Source of the DNA: an uncultured virus (IMG/VR IMGVR_UViG_3300031963_000089)
Taxonomy: Duplodnaviria; Heunggongvirae; Uroviricota; Caudoviricetes
Virus record (IMG/VR): IMGVR_UViG_3300031963_000089
Location: 55,027 to 75,026 of that record
Length of the DNA: 20,000 bases
Strand: one strand, 5' to 3'
Each line of letters opens with the position of its first letter. Positions within the stretch are counted from its first letter, which is position 1. A program made the translations under genes and the position numbers. Below, one piece after another: positions 1-8,477 of this stretch. Under the pieces are notes generated by a model that saw only the letters and a program-made list of their open reading frames with translations, did no database searches and was not told the origin of the DNA.

Positions 1-521
1 GAGCCAAGTGAGTTCATGTATGAACCAATACTTGATGAACCTGAATACGGTTCAATGAATAAATAAGCGTAAATAGGAGTTTCAGGTGTCACAGTTGGAG
101 TAGGGGTTCTTGTAACAGTTGGAGTAATTGTCTGAGTTGGGGTATGAGATGGTGTAACTGTTTGTGTAGGTGTAATACTTGGTGTTATACTCGGTGTCGG
201 TGTAAATGATGGAGTGATACTTGGTGTTGGAGTATTTGACGGAGTTAAAGAAATTGTTGGAGTAACACTTGGAGTAATACTTGGTGTTGGTGTTGGTGTT
301 ACACATATATATTCTTGTGTAAAAACACATCCTGTTGAATCAACTATTTTAATTAAAACTTTTGGTGCCGATGAATATGGACTCGGAATATTAAAACTAA
401 CAGATGGTGGAATATAATCATATATAGTTGTCACAGTTTGACAAGAATATTGAAATATATCACAAACTGAAATAACATAAGGAGGTGTTCCTCCCAAACT
501 ATCTATTGTTACTAAACTCAT
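1..521 (-). CDS. Partial (3' end beyond window) putative virion fibre/decoration protein: one SprB-like Ig domain followed by a long Pro/Thr/Ser linker
   Basis: Not in the ORF track because it has no stop in the window. Manual translation from ATG at 521 gives [27 protein letters not shown]...[32 protein letters not shown]...[35 protein letters not shown], open to the window edge. TATTTAT lies 6 nt upstream. Confidence 0.85.
   Translation of the reverse strand, partial: MSLVTIDSLGGTPPYVISVCDIFQYSCQTVTTIYDYIPPSVSFNIPSPYSSAPKVLIKIVDSTGCVFTQEYICVTPTPTPSITPSVTPTISLTPSNTPTPSITPSFTPTPSITPSITPTQTVTPSHTPTQTITPTVTRTPTPTVTPETPIYAYLFIEPYSGSSSIGSYMNSLG
76..299 (-). repeat. Coding low-complexity (TP/SxTP/TxTP)n repeat, about 75 aa, mucin-like linker
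   Basis: Degenerate ACA-CCA/ACT-CCA repeats (+ strand tggtgttgg/tggagt) translating to [37 protein letters not shown]... Confidence 0.9.
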
Positions 522-527
522 TTAATG

Positions 528-549
528 ATAAATAGTTTTTCAACTATTT
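528..549 (-). promoter_or_regulatory. TATTTAT motif (534-528) overlapped by an 8-bp hairpin with a GAAA tetraloop
   Basis: Minus strand reads AAATAGTT-GAAA-AACTATTT-ATCATTAA-ATG. Confidence 0.6.
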
Positions 550-2729
550 TAAGTACGACAAGATATACTATAATCTATTCTTACAGATATAGTTAATACT
601 TCATCTTTATAAACTTCAACACCACCAACAACATCTGATTCAATACTAATTGTATTTGTCAGTAAATTAACCTCGTAAGATTTAATATCAGGTATAGTAT
701 TGATTAAAGCGTCAATTGCCGTTTTAAATACTGTTACTGTCGGTGAATTAGATAAAGATGTTGTTGTAAAGAAAGTACCGGAATAAACCGTTCCGGCAAG
801 TTCTATATCACAATTAAATTTAGCGTATTTAAGTTTACAATCTTCATGTCCTGTCGTTAATGACAAATACCCCTCATTTAACATTTTTGTAAAATTAAAT
901 ATTGATGAAGGTAAATATGTTTTATCACCAATTGTATATTTGTAAGTTGAACTAGCGGTTCTTAATGGGTTACAACTAATATCAATTGATTTAGTTGTTT
1001 CACAATTACTTGTACCGCTAACAGTTAATACATAAGTACCCGCAGTTAAACCTGTAATATATGTACCACTTTGACCATTAACATTATCACTCCAAATAAA
1101 ATTAAAAGGCCCAATACTTTCATTCAATAACACACTTATTGTCCCACCACTACCATTTATACAATCAGTGCCGTATAATGCAAATTGGTAAGGAGCTAAA
1201 TAATCAATTGTAGTTGATGTAGTTTGAGTACATCCTGAAAGATTTTGAATGGTTACGTCGTAATCACCCGAAGGTAAATTAGTAAAGGTGTATGTTGTTG
1301 ACGTTGTTGGGTATGAACTAGCCCCATTTGATAATGAATACGTATAAAATGTTGAAGATGTATAACTTGGAGTTACTGATATATTAATAGACCCATCATT
1401 AAGACCACAATAAGTACTGTTTCCTGTAATAGAAAAATTAAATGATGTATCATTTAATACTGTAATATTATTAGTATAAGTACAAGCACTACTACTATCA
1501 TTAATTGTTAAAGTATATGTACCTGATTCTAAACTGTTAAATGTATTGGTTTGAAGTATCGAGGTATTAGTTGTTGTTACACCACTATTATTACTTAAAG
1601 AATAAATAAATGGAGGAGTACCACCTAATAATGTAACAGTTATTGACCCACTATTATATGAACATTGTGAGTTTGAAACTGTTTCAGAAACTAATGAAAA
1701 ACTTCTTGGGACTAAAAAATCAACCTCCGTTGAAAAACTACATAACGAAACATCAGTTACTGTTAGAGTATAACTTCCTGACCCAATATTATTAAATGTT
1801 ACAGATGTACCATATGTTGTAACTGAATCACCATTACTTAATAAGTAAAAATACGGAGCCGTTCCACCTGTAATATTAAATGTTATACTCCCGTCAGCAT
1901 TAAAACAAGTCGGTGGTGTAGTAGTATAAGATATGAATGATATCGGTTCAGCATTTGTAATAGTTGTTGTTTTAGTTAAACTACATCCATTTGCGTCTAT
2001 TACAGTTAAATTGTACGAGCCTTGAGTTAATCCAGTCACAAATGTATCACCAGTACCACCGACAGTAGGTGACCACTCATATATAAATGGTGAAACTCCA
2101 GTAATTCCTGTGACATAAATTTTACCACTTTGTTGTGAACAAGATGGATTGTTAATAACATAAAATTCAAAATCTAATGTATTTGGATTAGTATGTATTA
2201 TGACCGACTCTGTTTCACAAGGACAATTACCGTCACCTGTAACTTCAGCATAATACATACCTTCAGATAAATTTAAAAAAGAATATGAAGTGTTAACTGA
2301 AGTTGCTGAAGCATAATAAACATAATCTTTATATAAATTAATTGTTGCACCAACAAAAGTACCCAATGGATTTTGAATCACACCATTTGTGGTACCTGTA
2401 GTAATAACTGTTAAATAAGCACTATCCGGTTGACAAGTTACAAATTCTGAAGTTTCAATGTAAGCAGTACTTGCAGAAACAATATTAAAATATATTGGCC
2501 CAATAACTTCATTTGTCGGGAATGTTGAAGCGGTAATACTAAACCCATAAGTACCCGCGCTTAATCCTGTAACAGAATAAGAACTCGTAGAAAAAGTTGA
2601 GGATGGTAATACGTTATTTTCCCAACCAATCGTATAAGGACTTGAACCAACTAAATTAATAAGTGCGGAACCTGATGATGTGTTTGAACAATCTCCCGTT
2701 AAATTTATTGTATAAATAGTATTTGCCAT
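549..2729 (-). CDS. SprB-repeat-containing putative tail fibre/adhesin (seven Ig-like repeats plus a C-terminal domain)
   Basis: Repeated C-x4-5-GSI(T/N)...GGT(A/P)P(Y/F)xY...L-x-x-GxYxLTVxD-x2-3-C units, e.g. PTCFNADGSITFNITGGTAPYFY and GLTQGSYNLTVIDANGC, typical of SprB repeats. No obvious signal peptide. TAATG coupling to the upstream gene. Confidence 0.75.
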   Translation of the reverse strand: MANTIYTINLTGDCSNTSSGSALINLVGSSPYTIGWENNVLPSSTFSTSSYSVTGLSAGTYGFSITASTFPTNEVIGPIYFNIVSASTAYIETSEFVTCQPDSAYLTVITTGTTNGVIQNPLGTFVGATINLYKDYVYYASATSVNTSYSFLNLSEGMYYAEVTGDGNCPCETESVIIHTNPNTLDFEFYVINNPSCSQQSGKIYVTGITGVSPFIYEWSPTVGGTGDTFVTGLTQGSYNLTVIDANGCSLTKTTTITNAEPISFISYTTTPPTCFNADGSITFNITGGTAPYFYLLSNGDSVTTYGTSVTFNNIGSGSYTLTVTDVSLCSFSTEVDFLVPRSFSLVSETVSNSQCSYNSGSITVTLLGGTPPFIYSLSNNSGVTTTNTSILQTNTFNSLESGTYTLTINDSSSACTYTNNITVLNDTSFNFSITGNSTYCGLNDGSINISVTPSYTSSTFYTYSLSNGASSYPTTSTTYTFTNLPSGDYDVTIQNLSGCTQTTSTTIDYLAPYQFALYGTDCINGSGGTISVLLNESIGPFNFIWSDNVNGQSGTYITGLTAGTYVLTVSGTSNCETTKSIDISCNPLRTASSTYKYTIGDKTYLPSSIFNFTKMLNEGYLSLTTGHEDCKLKYAKFNCDIELAGTVYSGTFFTTTSLSNSPTVTVFKTAIDALINTIPDIKSYEVNLLTNTISIESDVVGGVEVYKDEVLTISVRIDYSISCRT

Positions 2730-5692
2730 TATCCTTGTATCTGTATATTATATAATATGTTTATATCACTTATAACAACATCATCAAATCCGCATATTGT
2801 TGATATTAATTGTAATTGACTTGTATTACTATCATAAACTATTTGTACACCAGCATCATTATTAATTCCACTGTTTGCAAAATATACTAATCCTTGATTA
2901 ATTGTGTTAACCCATTGTGTTTCTGTTGGTAGGATAGAAGTGTAATAGTAGGTTGGCCCATTATTATACTCAAATGTATATTCTTCACCTGTGTCAACGT
3001 GAGTTAATGTAAAACCAAATCCATAAGTTGCACTAACAATAGTATACCCTGCGGTAAACCCTTGTTCAGTAGCCAACTGTTGTGCAACAATATTTAAACC
3101 ATCCCCAATATTTTGAATTGATGGTATATCAATATTAAACGTATATGAGTCACAACCATTAGTTTGTAAAGTTCCCGTTGTAACTGGCCCTACAACTTCT
3201 TGTAATACCAATTGACAACCTCTTTGCATTCGATAAATAAACTTCTGTCTATGGAATATTGAATTTTCAAACTTTGTTCCTGTATTCCAAATAGTTGTTG
3301 CTGGGACAAATTGTTCAATTAATTTAATCCAAAAATCACCTAATCCATTAATATACTCAATCATATTTTGATAACCAAAATTATCATTAGTTAATCCTGT
3401 ATCTTGATACATTGTAAGGTATTTCCAAAATAGTGATTGTAATGTTGGATAACCACTTGTTTTTCCGTCGGATGAAAATTGTCGATTTCTAACATTTATC
3501 ATGTTTAACCAAAATGTTTTATAAAACTCATAAAAAGTTTTATTTTGTGGTTGTGGGTTAATAAAAGTCCAATCAATACCACCTATCTGTGGATATGGTG
3601 TAGATAATCCTGTGTAAGGTATTGGGTAATTTTTGGTTGACGAAACATACCAAACATCATAAGCAAGAGCTTGAGCTGGATTTAAGAATATTTCAATATT
3701 CTTAACATTAAGTAATAACCTATCAGTTGATATTGGGTAATAAGCATTAAACAAATTATCAATATTTTTTCTTAATCCAACATCTTCATTAGTCCAACTC
3801 TTTTTATTATCCTGAACTTTTTTAAGATTAAATCCCATATCCATGAATGGGAAATTTCTAAATCTATCTAAGAATTTTTGACCATATGTGAATGGTTCTA
3901 AGCTAGTCTGAATGTTAACATTTTGTCCTGTATATACACTTGTATTATAATTAATTTCTTCAGGTGCTCTATGTTGTACTGTAGATTCAATCCAACCAGC
4001 ACCTTTTTGGAAATAAAAACTTGGTCTACTTGTTGTTCCTTGAGTAAACGCAGGATTTACAGGATAACCCTCACTGTCAATAGGATAATCAGATAATGTT
4101 GTATTTGTCGGAATTGTAACACCTGATTGTGTAAATGCGGTATATGTTACCCCTTGGAAATTATACGTATTACCACTATTTAAAACCGTAAACTGTGGGG
4201 TATATGTTCCACCTGAAATTTGGGAATACAATAAATTAAATCTTTCAATATTAATGTTTGTATCCGCCAAATAAACGTTTTCATTAAATTCAACAAGAGC
4301 GTTAGGTGCTCCAATAAAACCCAATAAAAATTCAATCGCCTTTCTTGTACCTTTAGACCTATATAAATAAGATGAATTAAGAATTAAATTTCTAAAATAT
4401 TGATTGTTTAAATCTTGTTTTGTTTGACTTGTAGAGTAAGCAGGAAACGCATTATCAGTTGTACCATAAACCGACTCTAAAAAGTCAGCATTTGCAATCG
4501 GTGACATTCTGATTGACCAACCAAGTGTTTGGGCTAAATTAGTTACTAAACCTGAAGGTATGTCATTTCCAATATTATAATTTACGGAATTAACATATTG
4601 TATACCATCAATATATTTTTTAGTCTCATCGAAACTTCTACCATAAATTTTTAAAGTCTTATCAACCTTCTCATCTACAGTATCAAATTCCTTTAACGCA
4701 TTTGTTGTGTAAAATCTAGATACTAAATTTGTTTTATTTTCATCATAACTTGCACCTAATATCTGTAATTCAGATATATAATTTTCATATCCAAAAGAAC
4801 TAATATCAATATTCCATACACCACCTAATGGCCAAGTAATTGAGCGTACAACATTTGAAATGTAACCATCATCCGATTCAGATGGTGTTTGATATTGGTA
4901 CGTATATATTGGGTTAGAGTATCTATTTAATAACGCTTCTTCAATTTCTCCTAACTCAAGATTAAAAACTTCATTTACTATAGTATCATTTGGTCTAACA
5001 ACAAAATTTTGAGAAAATGTTGTTAATCCACTAAATGGGTTACCTTTAACATATATTGTTAGGTCGGTTGAAAAATCAGAGGTTGTATCAATATAATTTA
5101 ACTCATAACTTTGCCCGCTAAGAAATAATGAATAACTTCTAAATTGATTTGTTAAATTTCTATATTTTGAAACAGGAAATCCTAAACTACTAATAAAAAC
5201 AGTGGCATTAATTCTATAATCAATATTAAAAGGATTACTTATTGTTTGCCAAGGAATAGTTAATACAGTTTCATCTAAATTACCATTATAACTAATATTA
5301 ACCGCAGTATTTGCAGTTGTTGAACCTGATGTATAATTTCTTATTTCTAACGCCGCTGGAAAATAATTTAAGACATTATTAATCGCAACTTCTAATCGTT
5401 TACTTAATGAACCATAGGATACAAAATTTGTAACATCAGTTTCATCAAAATTTGGGTATAATCTGAAATTATTGTTATAAACAGATGCCGCTAATTCAGG
5501 TGTTAAATTTAAATCATCATTATTAAATAATGATGAAAATGTACCAGTTTCAAAATTTCTATTAACTTTTTCCGTAATACTTGTTGAAAATTCAAAAGTA
5601 CCAAGCGTAAGTCCCCCACCATCAGTCAGTTGTAAACCAACAAGATTATCCGAAAAGTTTCTATTTTGTGGTGGACATTTATAAGTCGCCAT
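2729..5692 (-). CDS. Putative baseplate wedge protein (P2 gpI / T4 gp7 / TssG-like core with extensions)
   Basis: Contains IPSGLVTNLAQTLGW...YFRNLILNSSYLYRSKGTRKAIEFLLGFIG, resembling the 'LA..lG...ly+.KGT..ai..ll' signature of P2 gpI-like proteins. Lies in the same module as the gp25- and gp6-like genes. Confidence 0.6.
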   Translation of the reverse strand: MATYKCPPQNRNFSDNLVGLQLTDGGGLTLGTFEFSTSITEKVNRNFETGTFSSLFNNDDLNLTPELAASVYNNNFRLYPNFDETDVTNFVSYGSLSKRLEVAINNVLNYFPAALEIRNYTSGSTTANTAVNISYNGNLDETVLTIPWQTISNPFNIDYRINATVFISSLGFPVSKYRNLTNQFRSYSLFLSGQSYELNYIDTTSDFSTDLTIYVKGNPFSGLTTFSQNFVVRPNDTIVNEVFNLELGEIEEALLNRYSNPIYTYQYQTPSESDDGYISNVVRSITWPLGGVWNIDISSFGYENYISELQILGASYDENKTNLVSRFYTTNALKEFDTVDEKVDKTLKIYGRSFDETKKYIDGIQYVNSVNYNIGNDIPSGLVTNLAQTLGWSIRMSPIANADFLESVYGTTDNAFPAYSTSQTKQDLNNQYFRNLILNSSYLYRSKGTRKAIEFLLGFIGAPNALVEFNENVYLADTNINIERFNLLYSQISGGTYTPQFTVLNSGNTYNFQGVTYTAFTQSGVTIPTNTTLSDYPIDSEGYPVNPAFTQGTTSRPSFYFQKGAGWIESTVQHRAPEEINYNTSVYTGQNVNIQTSLEPFTYGQKFLDRFRNFPFMDMGFNLKKVQDNKKSWTNEDVGLRKNIDNLFNAYYPISTDRLLLNVKNIEIFLNPAQALAYDVWYVSSTKNYPIPYTGLSTPYPQIGGIDWTFINPQPQNKTFYEFYKTFWLNMINVRNRQFSSDGKTSGYPTLQSLFWKYLTMYQDTGLTNDNFGYQNMIEYINGLGDFWIKLIEQFVPATTIWNTGTKFENSIFHRQKFIYRMQRGCQLVLQEVVGPVTTGTLQTNGCDSYTFNIDIPSIQNIGDGLNIVAQQLATEQGFTAGYTIVSATYGFGFTLTHVDTGEEYTFEYNNGPTYYYTSILPTETQWVNTINQGLVYFANSGINNDAGVQIVYDSNTSQLQLISTICGFDDVVISDINILYNIQIQG

Positions 5693-6597
5693 TAAGCTGT
5701 GATATTATCAAAATTTTTAGTTGTATCAATATTACTTCCTCTATTTTGTCTAACCTCATATAACAACTCATTAAATTGACTTCTAATTTCATACAAATTG
5801 TATTGTTTGTAAATGTTGTTATTTGTGTCATAAATGGTGTATATACCATCTTCAATAGATTTAGTTTGATTACCATAAAGAGCAATTGCCAATGTTGAGA
5901 TATCATTTTCAACAATTTCAACTTCAATCATTATTGGGTCAAAAAAAGTATTTGTTAAAATAATATTTTGTCCCGCAGCTCCAATATAAGGTGTTGCATT
6001 TGGTTTGTTTGAGGGTGATGAACTTGGTGAAACTGTACAAAATAAAAGATTAGTTTCACCATCACTATAAACCCATCTTTGTGCTTTATCTGATGTATTA
6101 TTAGTATTTGCAACTACCGCCTCACAATAAAATGAAGAAGTAATTATTCTAAAAAAATTAGTATTTTTTGTACCATCACTATTCAAATATTCTATTCGAT
6201 AACCCACCAATCCTTGTGGAACAAACCTGTTTAAAAATTCTTGGGGTACATTTGTTAAATCGATAATAATACCCTTAACATTTGGTAATGCTTGTAATAC
6301 CCCACAATCAAGAATTTCAGTTCTAATTTGAACTGGTCTAATTAATAGGTTATAAATTCCAAGATTATTAAATTCTGAAGATGGTAATTTTAAATTATAC
6401 ATCCCACCTAAAATTTCATTTGTTTGCCCACCAATCGCAGGATTACTAAAATAAGGTTGTAACAACTCAAGAGCATCTAATTTTTTCAAGATGAAATTAT
6501 TAGTGAAATCTCTTGATGGTGTATAATTCATTATTATTTCCACATCAGCTGGACTTACATCCGCCAATCTTACTGTTCCATAATTACCTGTTGCCAT
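5692..6597 (-). CDS. Hypothetical protein, probable virion structural (301 aa)
   Basis: Long ORF preceded by an AAGGT Shine-Dalgarno-like sequence and TATTTATA; TAATG coupling to the next gene; no family recognised. Confidence 0.7.
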   Translation of the reverse strand: MATGNYGTVRLADVSPADVEIIMNYTPSRDFTNNFILKKLDALELLQPYFSNPAIGGQTNEILGGMYNLKLPSSEFNNLGIYNLLIRPVQIRTEILDCGVLQALPNVKGIIIDLTNVPQEFLNRFVPQGLVGYRIEYLNSDGTKNTNFFRIITSSFYCEAVVANTNNTSDKAQRWVYSDGETNLLFCTVSPSSSPSNKPNATPYIGAAGQNIILTNTFFDPIMIEVEIVENDISTLAIALYGNQTKSIEDGIYTIYDTNNNIYKQYNLYEIRSQFNELLYEVRQNRGSNIDTTKNFDNITA

Positions 6598-6612
6598 TTT
6601 TTACCTTATTAG

Positions 6613-6620
6613 TATAAATA
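6613..6620 (-). promoter_or_regulatory. TATTTATA upstream motif (candidate late promoter)
   Basis: Minus strand TATTTATACTAATAAGGTAAAAA-ATG; the TATTTAT core is 16 nt before ATG 6597. Confidence 0.55.
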
Positions 6621-6633
6621 TTAATTTTTAATT

Positions 6634-7719
6634 TTATTGACTGTTTTGTATGTTGAAAAAATTATATCCGTAATTTACCAAATCCGACATTGTTGAAACT
6701 TCACCAATTCTTCTGAAGTTTTCCAACGCAGAGTTTTTACCTCGTTCAACAAAAACACTTGAAAATAATTGAGGTTGGTCTATTACATTCATAAGAACTT
6801 CATTCTTTGTAATAGCACTTTGAACTAACATATCTGAAGTTAATCCTGAAGAAGCCACAACAAAAATTGATGTCCCACCCGAAAAGTCAATATAGTCAGT
6901 ATTGTTTATAGTATATCCTGTTTGTTGTGACGTTAAATAATTAACAACACCATACCCACCTCCAGGTAAATTAACCGTCTGCCCCACTTGGTATTGTGTC
7001 GGCCCATACAATGATAAATCCTCTAATCTTGACGTTGTTACCCCTGTAATAAAATAAGGTACTTGTCCATAGTATGAACCTATTTGATACGCAATTTCAT
7101 TATATGAATCCGCAGTGTAAATAAAATTATATGTTTGAGGACTGGCACTCCAACTTCCACTTGTATTTGCAAAAGTCACAGTTCCATATGGATTTGAGTT
7201 GTCCACAGGTGAATAAGGAACATTAACTGTTTTTGTTGTCGTAACAGTCCCCCACATGTTTTCTTGTCTTAATGTAATGGTGTAACTTGTTGGGTTAGGT
7301 AAAGGATTTGCATAAGTGTGATTTATAAATTCAGGATAAAAAGAATTTATAACTTGTGAACTCCCATCACCCCAATCTATTGTATATGTTGAGTCAATTA
7401 AATAAACTGCACCCTCACTTGAGTTATTAAATAAACTAACAGTGTATGGACTTTCAGTTGACGCAGTAAATGAAAAGTTTGCAGAAATAACTTGTTGTGT
7501 AATATTCCCATCAAATCCATCATAGTAACCAATGTCTTGATACTTTTGTTTTAATAAAATAGGAAATGTAAGTCCTGTAAGTAATGATGTTCCACCAGTA
7601 TTACCTTGTAATATACTTGTCAATCCAGTATATACTCCAAAAGTATACCCACTAGATGTTACTTGTACAATATCTGATTCTAAAAATTCAGGAGATATTT
7701 TAATTTTAATTATTTCCAT
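6634..7719 (-). CDS. PKD-domain-containing putative structural protein (361 aa)
   Basis: YTIDWGDGSSQ...INHTY...YTITL is the PKD-like Ig-fold signature; S/T/G-rich. Confidence 0.65.
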   Translation of the reverse strand: MEIIKIKISPEFLESDIVQVTSSGYTFGVYTGLTSILQGNTGGTSLLTGLTFPILLKQKYQDIGYYDGFDGNITQQVISANFSFTASTESPYTVSLFNNSSEGAVYLIDSTYTIDWGDGSSQVINSFYPEFINHTYANPLPNPTSYTITLRQENMWGTVTTTKTVNVPYSPVDNSNPYGTVTFANTSGSWSASPQTYNFIYTADSYNEIAYQIGSYYGQVPYFITGVTTSRLEDLSLYGPTQYQVGQTVNLPGGGYGVVNYLTSQQTGYTINNTDYIDFSGGTSIFVVASSGLTSDMLVQSAITKNEVLMNVIDQPQLFSSVFVERGKNSALENFRRIGEVSTMSDLVNYGYNFFNIQNSQ

Positions 7720-7721
7720 TT

Positions 7722-8477
7722 TTATACTGTAGGTGGATTTTTATACTCATACCAATTATTCGTTGAAAGTGGATTTTGTGTATCAATATTATTTATTGTA
7801 TATGTTTGTTGAGTAAAATTAAAATTAACTTCTCTCATAAAATAATCAGTCGTCAATCGATATGGTGTCGATGAATCGGTCTGTTTTTTTGTTGTAAATG
7901 TTGTAAAAGTTCCATCCGAACCATCAAAAAATTTAACAGTCATATACAATTTTGTTAAATTTAATATTTCAGGATTTTCAAACCAATAAAGGTAAAAACC
8001 TTCAGGATTAGTTAATGGGTTCAAACTATAACTAGGTATTGATAGTTTACCCGTTCCTTGATTATTTCCTAAATCAACATCTGTAGTATCATTTTTTTTG
8101 TTTAAAATAACAGTTAGAAAATTTCTTCTTCTTAAAGTATTTTGACTATCGTAGAAATCAATCTTGAAAAATGATTTCATAAATGCAGTTGTCTTATTTA
8201 AAACTTGAGGTTGTGTAAATCTTCCTGATTCAACATAACTATTTACCCAATCAGTATCACCACTGTTTTTAAAATTAAAAACATACTTAAAAGGATATGG
8301 ATATGAAAATCTTGCGGTTTCATAATTTTCAGGTTCACCAATTATTTCAGTAATAATTTGTTCCTCATACAAATTAAGAGCATCTTCTCTATCCAAAAAG
8401 TCCCAATTCATATTGATTGGGATATTAATACCCTTATCAATATTTGTTTTTAATATTTTAAAATTATTCACAACCAT
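7722..8477 (-). CDS. Hypothetical protein, probable structural (251 aa)
   Basis: Long ORF overlapping the upstream gene by 14 nt (alternative GTG start at 8471); its N-terminus resembles that of the 1859-aa protein. Confidence 0.7.
   Translation of the reverse strand: MVVNNFKILKTNIDKGINIPINMNWDFLDREDALNLYEEQIITEIIGEPENYETARFSYPYPFKYVFNFKNSGDTDWVNSYVESGRFTQPQVLNKTTAFMKSFFKIDFYDSQNTLRRRNFLTVILNKKNDTTDVDLGNNQGTGKLSIPSYSLNPLTNPEGFYLYWFENPEILNLTKLYMTVKFFDGSDGTFTTFTTKKQTDSSTPYRLTTDYFMREVNFNFTQQTYTINNIDTQNPLSTNNWYEYKNPPTV

Noticed and set aside
82..417. Track ORFs 82..330 (-) and 214..417 (+)
   Set aside because: Alternate-frame and antisense shadows of the Pro/Thr repeat in the real gene starting at 521.
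5679..5927. 82-aa ORF
   Set aside because: Nested out of frame in the 301-aa gene, with no motif or initiation signal.
6613..6620. TATAAATA on + as a T4-type late promoter driving plus-strand transcription
   Set aside because: There are no credible plus-strand genes, and the motif position tracks minus-strand start codons.
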